From: Patescibacteria group bacterium
Lineage (GTDB): Bacteria > Patescibacteriota > Microgenomatia > UBA1400 > PJMF01
DNA: 64,000 nt
Reading direction: 5' to 3'
Assembly: GCA_016861085.1 (NCBI GenBank)
Contig: BOKR01000001.1
Span: 515,271 to 579,270, forward strand
Shown in pieces: positions 19,101 to 29,420 of this stretch. Each line of letters starts with the position of its first letter. Position 1 is the stretch's first letter. A program made the position numbers and the translations under genes. Under the pieces are notes generated by a model. It was given only the letters and a program-made list of their open reading frames with translations, made no database searches and was not told where the DNA came from.

Positions 19101-20288
19101 TTATGCTATCCAGTATCCCTGGACAAACATGACTGTATGTACTATTAGTAAAACTATACTCATTGTAAACCAAGTATACCTAAAAACTTTAGATTTTTCT
19201 GCCCAAATTGCCAGGATACTGAATATTGGAAAACAAACTAAAATATATCGGGGCATACTAGAAAATGTGCCAGTAATCGTTGGAACAAAGAAAGCTAGCA
19301 ATGCAAACAAAGTGCAACTTAATCTAGTTTTTGTCACTGAAAGTACAATTCCAAGTAATCCAAAAATTCCAACCAAGAACTCTAGAATATATGAATAATA
19401 TTTAAGATCAAATGGTCGAGCAGTTAAAAGTATTTTAATATACCGCCACACCACTTGTGGATATAAAACAACACTTTCTTGTCTGATTCCACCTCCAAAT
19501 TCTGATTGTACATGAAAAAAATAGAGGGGGTCACCAAATTCTTTATATAAATAGTACATATAAGCAAGTAAGCCAGCAGAACCCAATGCAACTATCCCAA
19601 CTGGTTGTATTACTTTTCTCCATGCTGTAAGGCTATTTTTGACGTTTTTTTGTAGTTCTTTAAGAGAGATGCCCCATTGAATATTTGGAAAAACAATTTC
19701 TATAAGTACTGCTGGCAATAATAAAATTCCGGTTACTCTTGTGGCACTTGCAAGCGCAATACAAAGAGCTGTCAACCAATATCTCTTCTTTTGTACAGAC
19801 CAAAATGTACCTATGACAAATAGTAGAAAGAGGGACTCTGTGTAAGATGCAGCAAAGAAGAAAGATGTTGGAAACAACAATAAGACTGCAGTTGCCCAAT
19901 AAGCTACTGTTTGGCTGAAACTATGCTTAATACATTGGTACCAGAAAAAAAGTAACAATAAAAATGAAACATTAGAGACAACTAAACTTGCCAAAAGATA
20001 ATTATCAACTATGAAGTTAACTATCTTTGATAAATACGGATAAACAGGGAAAAAAGCTTGGATAAGATCGGCTCCACGGTAGCCATTTTTCATAATTGTT
20101 AAATAATGAACACCATCAAAATTTGCCCAGGAATACACCCATCTTGGTAAATCAAATGTATCAAGTAGGCCATCGGCGTAAGGAAAGCTTGGATCGTAGG
20201 TTAAAACAGAATCAGCTAAAAAACCAATTAAAAAAAGAGCCAGACGCCAAAACAAAAAAATAATAAATAACTTCCAAAAAGTCTTCAT
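19101..20288 (-). CDS. GT-C membrane mannosyltransferase-like protein (PIG-V/GT76-like)
   Basis: WANFDGVHY, AFFPVYP, FPTSFFF..YTESLFL, ATRVTG and SMPRY, with many TM helices. Confidence 0.8.
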   Translation of the reverse strand: MKTFWKLFIIFLFWRLALFLIGFLADSVLTYDPSFPYADGLLDTFDLPRWVYSWANFDGVHYLTIMKNGYRGADLIQAFFPVYPYLSKIVNFIVDNYLLASLVVSNVSFLLLLFFWYQCIKHSFSQTVAYWATAVLLLFPTSFFFAASYTESLFLLFVIGTFWSVQKKRYWLTALCIALASATRVTGILLLPAVLIEIVFPNIQWGISLKELQKNVKNSLTAWRKVIQPVGIVALGSAGLLAYMYYLYKEFGDPLYFFHVQSEFGGGIRQESVVLYPQVVWRYIKILLTARPFDLKYYSYILEFLVGIFGLLGIVLSVTKTRLSCTLFALLAFFVPTITGTFSSMPRYILVCFPIFSILAIWAEKSKVFRYTWFTMSIVLLIVHTVMFVQGYWIA

Positions 20289-21373
20289 TCAGATTTCTCG
20301 TGATTTAGTTTCAACACTTTTTTATATACTGTAGCTGTTTCTTGGGCAGTTTTATCCCAGCTGAAGTTTTGTGACCACTTGTATGCTTCCCGAATAAACG
20401 TATCTCTCCTTGTTTTAGACCAAGAAAGTACTTCAGCTACCTTAGCGGCAAAATCCTCAGCAGTTGGTTCGCTAAAAACCACATGTTCACCACCAACTTC
20501 TAGTAATGATGAATTACGACTACAGACAACTGGAGTGCGACATTGCATAGCTTCTAGAACTGGCAACCCAAATCCTTCATATAAAGAAGGCTGAATATAA
20601 AGCTGTGCACCTGTATATATTGCTCCTAATTCGTCAAGTGATTCAGTTAAAACGTTATTGAGAAAAACGACTCTATCTGAAACATCACTCAATGCCAGCT
20701 GGGTTTCTATCCATTGCCATTCAGGTATTTCTTGAGGAGTAAAGTTCCGGCCCAAACAGACCAACGTAACTGATTCATCTTCAATAAACTTCATCATTTT
20801 TATCAATTGTGGAATGTTTTTATTATAGTTAATATCCCCCACATATAAAATATATTTATCTGGTAGCTTATTTTTATATTTGACTCTTTTAATGATATCC
20901 TCGTCTTGAGCTCTCAAACTTGGATTGGCGGCTAAATACACAACATGAATCTTGTGTTCTGGAATTCTTAAGTGTTTGATAATGTCTGCTTTTGATGCCT
21001 GGGAATCTGTTATGACTGCAGCAGCACTTCTGAGCGCTAATTTTTGTTTCTTTAAGCGTAACTTCCCCTTGATACCAGCTTTGTAGTACTCAGGAAAGAT
21101 AAGTGGGATCACATCATGAACAGTTACAACCTTATTCTTAAATGGATTAATTGGTAACGTATCAAAATAAAGGTCAAAAAAAGGATAATGAATTATATCT
21201 GGCTTAATGGTGTCAGTTTTGCTCATCGTACTACTTTTATGCACCTCAATCTCGCTGATTCCTTCAAGATGTTCTAAAAGTAAACGAGCATATGTGCCAA
21301 TTCCGCGTGAAGAATGCTCACCAGCCAAAACACTTGTCTCAAACACTACAGTAATTTTTTTATCTGCTTGCAT
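20285..21373 (-). CDS. GT4 glycosyltransferase (MtfB/WbpY-like)
   Basis: RGIGTY, TVHDVIP, YVG..NKNI, PSLYEGFGLPVLEAM, FSWDKTA. Confidence 0.92.
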   Translation of the reverse strand: MQADKKITVVFETSVLAGEHSSRGIGTYARLLLEHLEGISEIEVHKSSTMSKTDTIKPDIIHYPFFDLYFDTLPINPFKNKVVTVHDVIPLIFPEYYKAGIKGKLRLKKQKLALRSAAAVITDSQASKADIIKHLRIPEHKIHVVYLAANPSLRAQDEDIIKRVKYKNKLPDKYILYVGDINYNKNIPQLIKMMKFIEDESVTLVCLGRNFTPQEIPEWQWIETQLALSDVSDRVVFLNNVLTESLDELGAIYTGAQLYIQPSLYEGFGLPVLEAMQCRTPVVCSRNSSLLEVGGEHVVFSEPTAEDFAAKVAEVLSWSKTRRDTFIREAYKWSQNFSWDKTAQETATVYKKVLKLNHEKSE

Positions 21374-22169
21374 AATTACCTTCTTTGGCCAGCTTCTTTT
21401 TTTCTTTTAGTTCCCAAAGCTGTAAGTATGCAACTGCATGATGCAGTCCACTCATGACAGCAAAAACAAATCCGGGTACCCCGTCAACAAACCCTTTATG
21501 TCTGATGAAAATTTGTAAAAAGGTTTTAAGGGGTTTAATACCTATGTACTCGAGTGTAGTTACAGGGTTTATTTGTATACCATCTTTTTCTAACTGGTGT
21601 GCTTTAAAGCTAGTATATGTTCCAAACTTTCGTAAATAATCAGCAAATGTAGGATTAGCAAAGTGAATTAAATGACCTTCTGCCCAACCAATTTCACCTT
21701 TCACTTGCATCTGTTCATGCACATCTTTTTGAGGCAGTTTTGCGTATCCATTTACGTACAGTCGAATAACAGGATCTGGATATTGACCCCCTTTTTGAAA
21801 ATATTGACCTAAAAAGTAATTCTTTCGTTTCAGCCACCAGGCTAGTGGGCCACGATACCCTTCTTTCATGATGATTTTATGGGTTCTTTTGATAAATTCC
21901 TTTAACTCATCATCAGGCCATTCATCTGCATCAAGTTGCAAAACCAACTCACCTTTAGCTTCATCCATAGCCATTTGCTTATTTATATGAAAGTTTGGTT
22001 TGTTAGAAGTAATAATTACTTTTGCCCCAAGCTTCTTAGCTAAATCTGGGGTTTTATCTGTGGAAGAGCCATCTACAACAATGATTTCACCTGCGATTTC
22101 TTTGATTGATCGCAAACATTTTTCAATATTTTTTTCTTCATTGTAAGTAGCTAAAACAACAGAAAGCAT
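21360..22169 (-). CDS. GT2 glycosyltransferase (WaaE/KdtX beta-1,4-glucosyltransferase-like)
   Basis: TYNEE, VDGSSTD, LDADE, YPDPVIRL, VHE, GFVDG. Confidence 0.88.
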   Translation of the reverse strand: MLSVVLATYNEEKNIEKCLRSIKEIAGEIIVVDGSSTDKTPDLAKKLGAKVIITSNKPNFHINKQMAMDEAKGELVLQLDADEWPDDELKEFIKRTHKIIMKEGYRGPLAWWLKRKNYFLGQYFQKGGQYPDPVIRLYVNGYAKLPQKDVHEQMQVKGEIGWAEGHLIHFANPTFADYLRKFGTYTSFKAHQLEKDGIQINPVTTLEYIGIKPLKTFLQIFIRHKGFVDGVPGFVFAVMSGLHHAVAYLQLWELKEKKKLAKEGNYASR

Positions 22170-22175
22170 AGAGTC

Positions 22176-22184
22176 ATTGTATCA
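22176..22184 (-). promoter_or_regulatory. Extended -10 (TGATACAAT) 6 nt upstream of the ATG at 22169; probable leaderless promoter of the long minus-strand operon
   Basis: Reverse complement of ATTGTATCA. No Shine-Dalgarno sequence in the gap. Confidence 0.6.
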
Positions 22185-22216
22185 AAGTCAAGTCGTAATA
22201 TCTAATAGGTCTACGG

Positions 22217-22222
22217 TATAAT
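22217..22222 (+). promoter_or_regulatory. -10 box TATAAT 10 nt upstream of ATG 22233
   Basis: Consensus hexamer in the divergent intergenic region. Confidence 0.5.
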
Positions 22223-22232
22223 GGAATCATAA

Positions 22233-23792
22233 ATGTACGTACTTAGTATACTGAAAAAAAATTATATACTCGTTTTCATCTTGCTTTTGGCCTTATTTTT
22301 AAGAGTATACACGATTAGTGGAAACAATATTTTTTTCTACTATGATCAAGCCAGAGACGCAGTTGTTAGCTCCAGCATTATTACTGATAAGGACATAAAG
22401 ATTCAAGGTCCTTCTGTGAGTGGAACAAATGATAGTGTATACCACGGTGTACTATACTATTACGTCATTGCCCCAGCGTATGTACTTGGTGGCGGTAGTC
22501 CATTTGTTGTTTCCGCATACTTGGCAGTCATTTCATTATTGGGAATCATCGTTACCTATAAAATAAGTATAGAAGTCTTTAAATCAAAAACTGTTGGGCT
22601 TATTGCAGCCTTTTTTCAGTCTGTTTCAGCAGTTAGCATTCACTTAAGTACTTGGCTTTCTAACCCGAATTTATCTGGAATATTTGTTCCACTGACATAC
22701 TATTATATTTGGAAAATATTTCTTTCTGAAATAAAACAGTCAAAAATAAGTTATATTTTTTTTGGAGCTAGTATTGCGTTATCTATGCAGTCTGCGTTGC
22801 AGAATATAACAATATTTGGTAGTATTTTTATTGTTTTTATCTATTCAATTTTCAATAAATTCTATAAATTAGAAGTTCAGAAATTACTTTTTTCTGTTTT
22901 TACCTTTTTTGTAGGTATTTCTACAATGATTCTCACTGAAATTCTTATGTATAGACGGGGCATACTTTCACTTGAAAGTTTGAACCTTAACCAACATGAG
23001 ACAAATTTTTTCGAAATATTGCCTCAAATTGCTTCTAAATATTATTTTATTATTTCTAATATTTTGGTTGCGCAAAAACTATTTGTACTTCCAATATTCA
23101 TTGTTCTAATTGCGCTTGTGTTTATCGCTAAAATGAACAGAAAACAAGCTATTTTGATGTTGGTCTTTTTGTTGGCTCCGCTTTGGCTTCTTGTTTGGCA
23201 TTACAGAGATCCAAATCATACATTTATTGGTGTAGAAACTGTTATATTCTTACTGTTATCAGCAGGCATCACACGATTGATAAAGCAAAAGAAGCAAATA
23301 CTCAATTTATTAGGTTTTGCATTTTTGGGAACGTTTGCAGTTGCAAATTTCATACAAATACTTGATTGGAACAAACAACAACATCATCATTTTGGAGTCA
23401 TCCAGAATGGTGCTTTTTTAAACCGCCAACTACAAGTTGTTGACAAAACCTATGAAATAGCTAACGGCTCTCAATTTTCCTTTTCTAGCCTTACAAGTCC
23501 ATATGCAATAAACGCAACATGGGATTATCTGTATAGGTGGCATGGCCAATCCAAATATGGTTACACACCATATTACATTGGTATCGATCAAAAATACTTT
23601 ATTACAGAAAAAGTATTGGAACAAAAATACCAACCAGAAACATTGCATTTTATTATTTTTGAGCCAGATACAACTTTGAGTGAAGAAATTCAAAATGATT
23701 TTATTAAGAATCAATATGACACATTTGGAACATTCACAGTTGATACTAATTACCAATTCGGTTCATTAAAATTAAAACAGCTTGCTCAATAG
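22233..23792 (+). CDS. GT-C membrane glycosyltransferase (ArnT/PMT_2-like, DQxRD subtype)
   Basis: FLRVY..FFYYDQARD..IQGP..GVLYYY after TM1, many TM helices, and a soluble C-terminal domain. Confidence 0.8.
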   Translation: MYVLSILKKNYILVFILLLALFLRVYTISGNNIFFYYDQARDAVVSSSIITDKDIKIQGPSVSGTNDSVYHGVLYYYVIAPAYVLGGGSPFVVSAYLAVISLLGIIVTYKISIEVFKSKTVGLIAAFFQSVSAVSIHLSTWLSNPNLSGIFVPLTYYYIWKIFLSEIKQSKISYIFFGASIALSMQSALQNITIFGSIFIVFIYSIFNKFYKLEVQKLLFSVFTFFVGISTMILTEILMYRRGILSLESLNLNQHETNFFEILPQIASKYYFIISNILVAQKLFVLPIFIVLIALVFIAKMNRKQAILMLVFLLAPLWLLVWHYRDPNHTFIGVETVIFLLLSAGITRLIKQKKQILNLLGFAFLGTFAVANFIQILDWNKQQHHHFGVIQNGAFLNRQLQVVDKTYEIANGSQFSFSSLTSPYAINATWDYLYRWHGQSKYGYTPYYIGIDQKYFITEKVLEQKYQPETLHFIIFEPDTTLSEEIQNDFIKNQYDTFGTFTVDTNYQFGSLKLKQLAQ

Positions 23793-25469
23793 TTGATTTA
23801 CTTTTTTTCTAAAAACAATAATTAATCCAATAAAAAATACACTCACTAGAGTTATTGCATTTGCCAATAACACAGTTTTTGTTTGAGTAAATTTGACCTC
23901 TACACTATGCTTGCCTGCTGGTAACCAATACGTTATTACACCCCGGTGATTTATATCTTGAAATTCAATTGGGACCTCTACTCCGTCTGAGTATACTTTC
24001 CAACCTGGATAATAGAATGTGTAATCAATCATTCGAACCGAGTTTTCTGCAGATATTTCATAGGTTCTCAGTGAATTTTTTACAAATACATTCATTAAAT
24101 CAGCTTGACCTTCTAATACTGCAACTTTATCGTCTCTATGAACAGGATATTCTGTTGTACGAGTTGTCCAAATGGTATTCATATTTGATGAATGCAAGTT
24201 ATCGATAGTAAAATAATAGCTGTCTTGGGAAGTTGCAGTGAAATTTTTACCATACACCTGTGCAAATCTATTCCATGACACTACTACAATAATTAACATT
24301 CCTAAAATAATCTGTATACTATCTTTTTTGTGCTTATCAATAAAAAATGCTGCAATAAGAGGTGGGATAAAAATAAAAGTTGATAGCATTCTCCAAGGAA
24401 ATTGAATATTACTTAAAAAATCTATTGAAAGATATATGGGTTCAGCTAATTGAGTGGTTAAGAAAAGTGTGATAATGCCTACAATAACCGATAAGTCAAA
24501 AAGATGAAATTTTTGCTTCTTAATTTTTCGTATAACACCATATACTACTCCAGATAACAATAAAATAAATTCTATTGCTCCAGTTTTAATAAAATGTCCT
24601 CTAGAAAGAATTTCGTTTCTTTCAGTAATAAAGTAGTACCATTGCGGATCAAGGAAATTGTGTAAACCTAATGTAGAGTTAAAAGTATAATAATTTGTAT
24701 ACAACGCATAATAAAAGTATTGAATGTCTTTTAGGAGGGGTAACAAGTAATAACTACTTAACAAAACACCTATAACCCCAGAAGCTGAAATAAGAATAAG
24801 TAACTTTATTTTCTCTTTTTCTTGCAAGATCAAATAGAGAATGTACGGAACAATAAAAAATGCTCCCGTCAAAACATTCATAGGATGGCTTAAGATGAGT
24901 CCAGTAACTGAAAATGAAAGCCAAATAAATGACCACCACGTTTTTTTCCTAGACAGTGCAAACAGAAATATTAGAATAGAAATAAAAAATACTGACGAGA
25001 AATACTCTGGAATAGCACCGCGAATATAGGTATTTATTATTCTATATGGTGCAAAATTAAATAAAAAAGCGCCAATAAAACTAGGCCACTGCCTAAAATA
25101 AAATCGAAGAAAAACATAAAATAACAGCACTGACACCACTGTGGCAATCACATACACCAAATTAAATGAGACAACTACATTATTCGTCAAAAAAGTTAAA
25201 AAACCACCAAGATAGGAAGTTACTTGCTGAATAAAGGACCCAACTGGCAAACCATAATTAGCAAACCCATCAGTCCAACGAACAGGAAAATCACCATCCA
25301 ACAAAGCTGCGTGAAACACAGCCATATTGGTAATATGAGAAGTACCGTCCATATTTGCAGGTTGGTTTTTATAGACAAGGGTATCCAACAAAAACACTAA
25401 TGATGATAGAATGAGTAATAAGAGAGCTAGTAGATCAGTTTTATTTACTAATTTTGATTTAAACAGCAT
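23772..25469 (-). CDS. GT-C membrane protein, YfhO / 'PTPS-related' family
   Basis: DGTSH, FPVRW..YGLP, PYRI..YIRGAIPE, QFPWR, and C-terminal YYPGWKVYSDG..LPAGKHSVEVKF. Confidence 0.82.
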   Translation of the reverse strand: MLFKSKLVNKTDLLALLLLILSSLVFLLDTLVYKNQPANMDGTSHITNMAVFHAALLDGDFPVRWTDGFANYGLPVGSFIQQVTSYLGGFLTFLTNNVVVSFNLVYVIATVVSVLLFYVFLRFYFRQWPSFIGAFLFNFAPYRIINTYIRGAIPEYFSSVFFISILIFLFALSRKKTWWSFIWLSFSVTGLILSHPMNVLTGAFFIVPYILYLILQEKEKIKLLILISASGVIGVLLSSYYLLPLLKDIQYFYYALYTNYYTFNSTLGLHNFLDPQWYYFITERNEILSRGHFIKTGAIEFILLLSGVVYGVIRKIKKQKFHLFDLSVIVGIITLFLTTQLAEPIYLSIDFLSNIQFPWRMLSTFIFIPPLIAAFFIDKHKKDSIQIILGMLIIVVVSWNRFAQVYGKNFTATSQDSYYFTIDNLHSSNMNTIWTTRTTEYPVHRDDKVAVLEGQADLMNVFVKNSLRTYEISAENSVRMIDYTFYYPGWKVYSDGVEVPIEFQDINHRGVITYWLPAGKHSVEVKFTQTKTVLLANAITLVSVFFIGLIIVFRKKVNQLLSKLF

Positions 25470-25489
25470 ATTTGTAGGACCATTATAGA

Positions 25490-26089
25490 ATGAATATACT
25501 CAAAAAATCTCATGCAAATAGCACAGTATATTTTGTTGTTGGGTTGCTCATTCTTGTGATTGCATTCATTCAGCAGCCAACACTGCGATCTTGGTTGGGA
25601 ATCGGAAATACAAAGATGTGGAATGATTTGGTTCAAACTGTTAATTCTGGATCTCAATCGGTTGCACAGGATGTATGGATGTTTAGAGAATTCTATTCTC
25701 GAGGCAGAATATATCTACAAAAACAGCAACAGTTTCCTATTCCAGAAGAACTGAGTTCTACAGTAAGCTTGCCAGAGTCATTTTCGCCATATTTACTTTT
25801 TAGGTCTCCAAAGTTAGTAAGTATTGAAGGAAGTTTTATTCAGACCGACTCACTGTTCTTTTCTGAAAAATATCTTAAATCTCTAGGTTGGGAGATGGTA
25901 GCACAATCTAGCTCAACTCAAATTGTTACTTCAAAAGACAAAACAGTTGCACTTATTATTAGTGTTTTTGACATACAAGAAGCAAGCACTGCAAATGGAT
26001 ACTTATATTTTGATTTAAGAGACAATACATTTGCTCAAGCAATGAACCAAAAGAAATGGCTTACCATTAGCCTTGTGTCCTTACAATGA
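25490..26089 (+). CDS. Hypothetical single-TM membrane-anchored protein (paralog of 32926..33495)
   Basis: N-terminal hydrophobic helix, QQPTLR and WMFREFYSRG. Divergent from the YfhO-like gene with only 20 bp between start codons. Confidence 0.7.
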   Translation: MNILKKSHANSTVYFVVGLLILVIAFIQQPTLRSWLGIGNTKMWNDLVQTVNSGSQSVAQDVWMFREFYSRGRIYLQKQQQFPIPEELSSTVSLPESFSPYLLFRSPKLVSIEGSFIQTDSLFFSEKYLKSLGWEMVAQSSSTQIVTSKDKTVALIISVFDIQEASTANGYLYFDLRDNTFAQAMNQKKWLTISLVSLQ

Positions 26090-26100
26090 TGTATACTCGT

Positions 26101-27795
26101 ATGGCAATGCAATTTCTAAAAAAACACAAATTTGCCTTACTCTTAGCATTTGTACTTATTGTAGCTGTACTCCTTAGATTTCCCTTTTTAAGTGTGTTTC
26201 CTCCAAGCATGTTACAAGATGAGGTGGGAATTGGATATGCAGCAATAAGTATTGCTGAAACTGGTATGGATGAATGGGGTGAAAAATTTCCACTCATCTT
26301 TAAGTCATTTGGTGATTTTAAAGCTCCTGGGTTCATTTATGTTACGGCAGTACTATATAAACTGATAGGATGGCAAGAGGTCTTACCTAGAATTACTTCT
26401 GCTATTGCTGGCGTATTTGTAGTTTTGTTCGGGACGCTGTGGATTAAAAAAATATTTAAATCAGATGAACTTGCATTGGTAGCTGGTCTGCTACTCGCTG
26501 CTAATCCTTGGACTATTCACTTAAGCAGAATGGCTCTTGAATCTAACCTTGGCTTAGCTTTTTTTATGGCAGGATTATTGTTTCTCAGCCATGCTCAAAA
26601 CTCGTATTTTAAAATAATTTTGTCAGCAGTTTTTTTTAGTTTCAGCACATATACGTTTCACAGTTTTCGATATGCAGTGATACTTTTTTTACTGGCAACA
26701 ATTTTTGTCACACTCATACTTTACTTCAAAGAAATTAAAAAAAAGACACTATATTTAAAGAGTCTCATTTTTATTTTTGTTATTTCTACTATACTTTCTT
26801 TACCTGGTTTTTTTGCAAAAGGTGCAACTGGAAGACTGAATCAAACACTTATTATTACTTCAGATGACTATATAAAGCTCTCAGAGCACTACGAAAATAA
26901 TTGTCATGGAACTTTTATCGAAATAAATCCAAAATTAACCATTCTATGTAAGCTGAAATATAATAAATTTACCAGACAGGCTTTGATAGGAGTTGAGAGC
27001 TTGGTTAAGCATTTTTCACCAGATTTTCTATTTATTTCTGGTGATACAGAGGTGTTGCGCAATCCAACACAAAGTGGCCAATTTTATGTATTTTTACTGC
27101 CATTCTGGATGATTGGTTCTCTTTTGTTGTTTAAAAACATAAAAGAACAGTATCCTATACTACTTGGGTATTTTGTTGCGCTTGTGCCTTCCACAGTTTC
27201 AGGTAACCCACACTCTACGCGCCTTTCAATTCTTATACCATTTGTACTCGTTACTCTTGTACTAGGGTATCAGTTTTTAAAAGACTATTTCAGAAAAGTT
27301 ACATATTTTTCCTTCACATTTTTGAGCATTCTTCTTGTGTTTCTTGGTCTATTCGTAATTCGGTATTCTGTTGATACATTTGCTACTCATGAAATTACTG
27401 CAACATATCTTTCATACGCTAAAAGAGTAGCAATGCTAGAAGGTGAATACCTCAAAAAAGGATATACTGTCTTTGCTGATCATGACCTCTACCCAGAACC
27501 ACACATGTATTATGCTTACTTCAATAAAATTGATCCAAGGATAACTCAGGAGTCGTTTGCCAAAATCTACGAGGAATCTGCCGGTTTTTCCCGACCAAAG
27601 CAATTCGGAGAGTCTCTCTTTTTTGAAAAAGGCGACTTTTTTGCACTCGACTGTGAACTGAATAAAATAAAGCCATCAGTCTTTTTTACTAATGATGCTC
27701 TTGAGAAAATTGAACCAATCACTATTATTAAAGACAATACGCATTTATACAGTTTTGTATATGTTTATGAAGGTTCACAAAAATGCTTGGATTAG
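26101..27795 (+). CDS. GT-C membrane glycosyltransferase (ArnT/PMT_2-like, DE subtype)
   Basis: LLRF..PPSMLQDEVGIGY..TGMDEWG..FKSFGDFKAP, NPW..LSR..E and HFSPDFLF.GD. Start uncertain (26086/26101/26107). Confidence 0.85.
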   Translation: MAMQFLKKHKFALLLAFVLIVAVLLRFPFLSVFPPSMLQDEVGIGYAAISIAETGMDEWGEKFPLIFKSFGDFKAPGFIYVTAVLYKLIGWQEVLPRITSAIAGVFVVLFGTLWIKKIFKSDELALVAGLLLAANPWTIHLSRMALESNLGLAFFMAGLLFLSHAQNSYFKIILSAVFFSFSTYTFHSFRYAVILFLLATIFVTLILYFKEIKKKTLYLKSLIFIFVISTILSLPGFFAKGATGRLNQTLIITSDDYIKLSEHYENNCHGTFIEINPKLTILCKLKYNKFTRQALIGVESLVKHFSPDFLFISGDTEVLRNPTQSGQFYVFLLPFWMIGSLLLFKNIKEQYPILLGYFVALVPSTVSGNPHSTRLSILIPFVLVTLVLGYQFLKDYFRKVTYFSFTFLSILLVFLGLFVIRYSVDTFATHEITATYLSYAKRVAMLEGEYLKKGYTVFADHDLYPEPHMYYAYFNKIDPRITQESFAKIYEESAGFSRPKQFGESLFFEKGDFFALDCELNKIKPSVFFTNDALEKIEPITIIKDNTHLYSFVYVYEGSQKCLD

Positions 27796-29420
27796 TCAAA
27801 AAAAATACTCATATTGCTATATTGGTAGTAACCTTACTAGCAGCATTCATTTTTAGAACAATACAATTGGCACAAACCCCAAGCGGTTTTCATGCCGATG
27901 AAGCTTCATTTTATATAAATGCAGTTTCACTTTCACAAACCGGTATGGATGAAGATGGGAATAAACTACCGCTTTCACTTGCTTCGCTTATTGATCCCAA
28001 GCCAGCTTTGTACTCCTATTTACAGATACCTTTCTTATTTATTTTTGACAACCAAGTTTTTGCAGCACGATTTGCCTCAGCCGTGTTATCCATTCTATCG
28101 CTTGGATCATTATATTTACTCATAAAAGAAATTGCAGACAAAAAAATTGCCTTACTAATTACAATTGTTCTGTCTATCTCCCCCTGGCATGTAATTGTTA
28201 GTAGAGGAACTCAAGAAGTTATCACTTCATTTTTCTTTCTAGTTGCGACTTTTTTATTTTTAGTTCAGTACCTAAAAAATCAAAAAAAATCTATTGTGTT
28301 AATTCCTTTTGCAATTAGTGGTTTTTTAAGCATGTACTTGTATCACTCAGCAAAAATAGTATTACCTCTCTTAATTTTGTGCTTTGTTATTTTCTATTTC
28401 AAAAAAACAAAAGAGTATCTCAAAAAAAGTGTCACAGTATTACTTATAATTGCCACGGCTACTCTATTCTCTCTTTTTATTCAAGAGAGTGCATCAAGAA
28501 TATCTGCAGTAAGTATTTTTAATGACCAAGGACCACAACAAAAATTATTTGAGCAAATTTACACCAACAGAACAGAGGTGCCAGTTTCTATAGTAAGAGT
28601 TTTTTACAACAAAGTACAAACGTATACCCTTGCAATTTTTCATGAATACACCAACTATTTTTCTCCTGAATTTTTATTTTTTTCCGCTTCTAAGCCAACA
28701 CGAAACTCAATAACTGATCATGGACTATTGTATTTAATTGAGCTGCCACTAATAGCAATTGGTCTTTACGCTGCCATTAAGAATAAACGAAGAGACTTTT
28801 TTTTATTTGTTGCTTTACTCATCATTAGCCCCATTCCTGCAAGTTTAACCACTCAAGAAACCCCTAGTTTATTGCGTTCATTTCCAATGGTCATTTCTTT
28901 AGCATATTTTGTTGCAATGGGTATTGATGCATTATTTAAAATTAATTCAAAGCTAATAAAAGCTTTAGTAGTATCTTCTATTTCTGTTATATATCTCTGG
29001 CATATGTGCTACTTTGCATTACAGTATCATGTGCAAACCAGGTTTACACAGCCTTGGTTTAGGAATACTCCATATACTAAAATTGCTCAAGAAGTAGCAC
29101 TGATTTCAGATGGATTTGAAAGGATAGAAGTTACAAATGACTTACGTCCGTTATATGCATATTTTGTAATAGAAAATTTAATTTCTATTGAAGAGCTTCA
29201 AGCACATCCATATGCCCGTAACCTTAGTAATTACAATCTTGGAAAGTTCAGTTTTAATAGAGATGTGTGTGATTTTGGTGACATTAAAATGAACGTTTTG
29301 TATATTGCAGAGATTGGTTGCCGCGAGAAAAACTCAAAGTTATCTCAAATGGAAGTGATAAAAGTAATTTCATACGACGACAACACCCAAGCATATGAAC
29401 TTTTACAAGTTACTCAGTAA
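27783..29420 (+). CDS. GT-C membrane glycosyltransferase (ArnT/PMT_2-like, DE subtype)
   Basis: PSGFHADEAS..TGMDEDG..DPKP, SPWH..SR..E, YHSAK, YFSPEFLF. Confidence 0.85.
   Translation: MLGLVKKNTHIAILVVTLLAAFIFRTIQLAQTPSGFHADEASFYINAVSLSQTGMDEDGNKLPLSLASLIDPKPALYSYLQIPFLFIFDNQVFAARFASAVLSILSLGSLYLLIKEIADKKIALLITIVLSISPWHVIVSRGTQEVITSFFFLVATFLFLVQYLKNQKKSIVLIPFAISGFLSMYLYHSAKIVLPLLILCFVIFYFKKTKEYLKKSVTVLLIIATATLFSLFIQESASRISAVSIFNDQGPQQKLFEQIYTNRTEVPVSIVRVFYNKVQTYTLAIFHEYTNYFSPEFLFFSASKPTRNSITDHGLLYLIELPLIAIGLYAAIKNKRRDFFLFVALLIISPIPASLTTQETPSLLRSFPMVISLAYFVAMGIDALFKINSKLIKALVVSSISVIYLWHMCYFALQYHVQTRFTQPWFRNTPYTKIAQEVALISDGFERIEVTNDLRPLYAYFVIENLISIEELQAHPYARNLSNYNLGKFSFNRDVCDFGDIKMNVLYIAEIGCREKNSKLSQMEVIKVISYDDNTQAYELLQVTQ

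Noticed and set aside
23772-25469. Literal '6-pyruvoyl-tetrahydropterin synthase' function for the YfhO-like proteins
   Set aside because: These are multi-TM GT-C-like proteins with no T-fold PTPS motifs. The family name is a legacy label.
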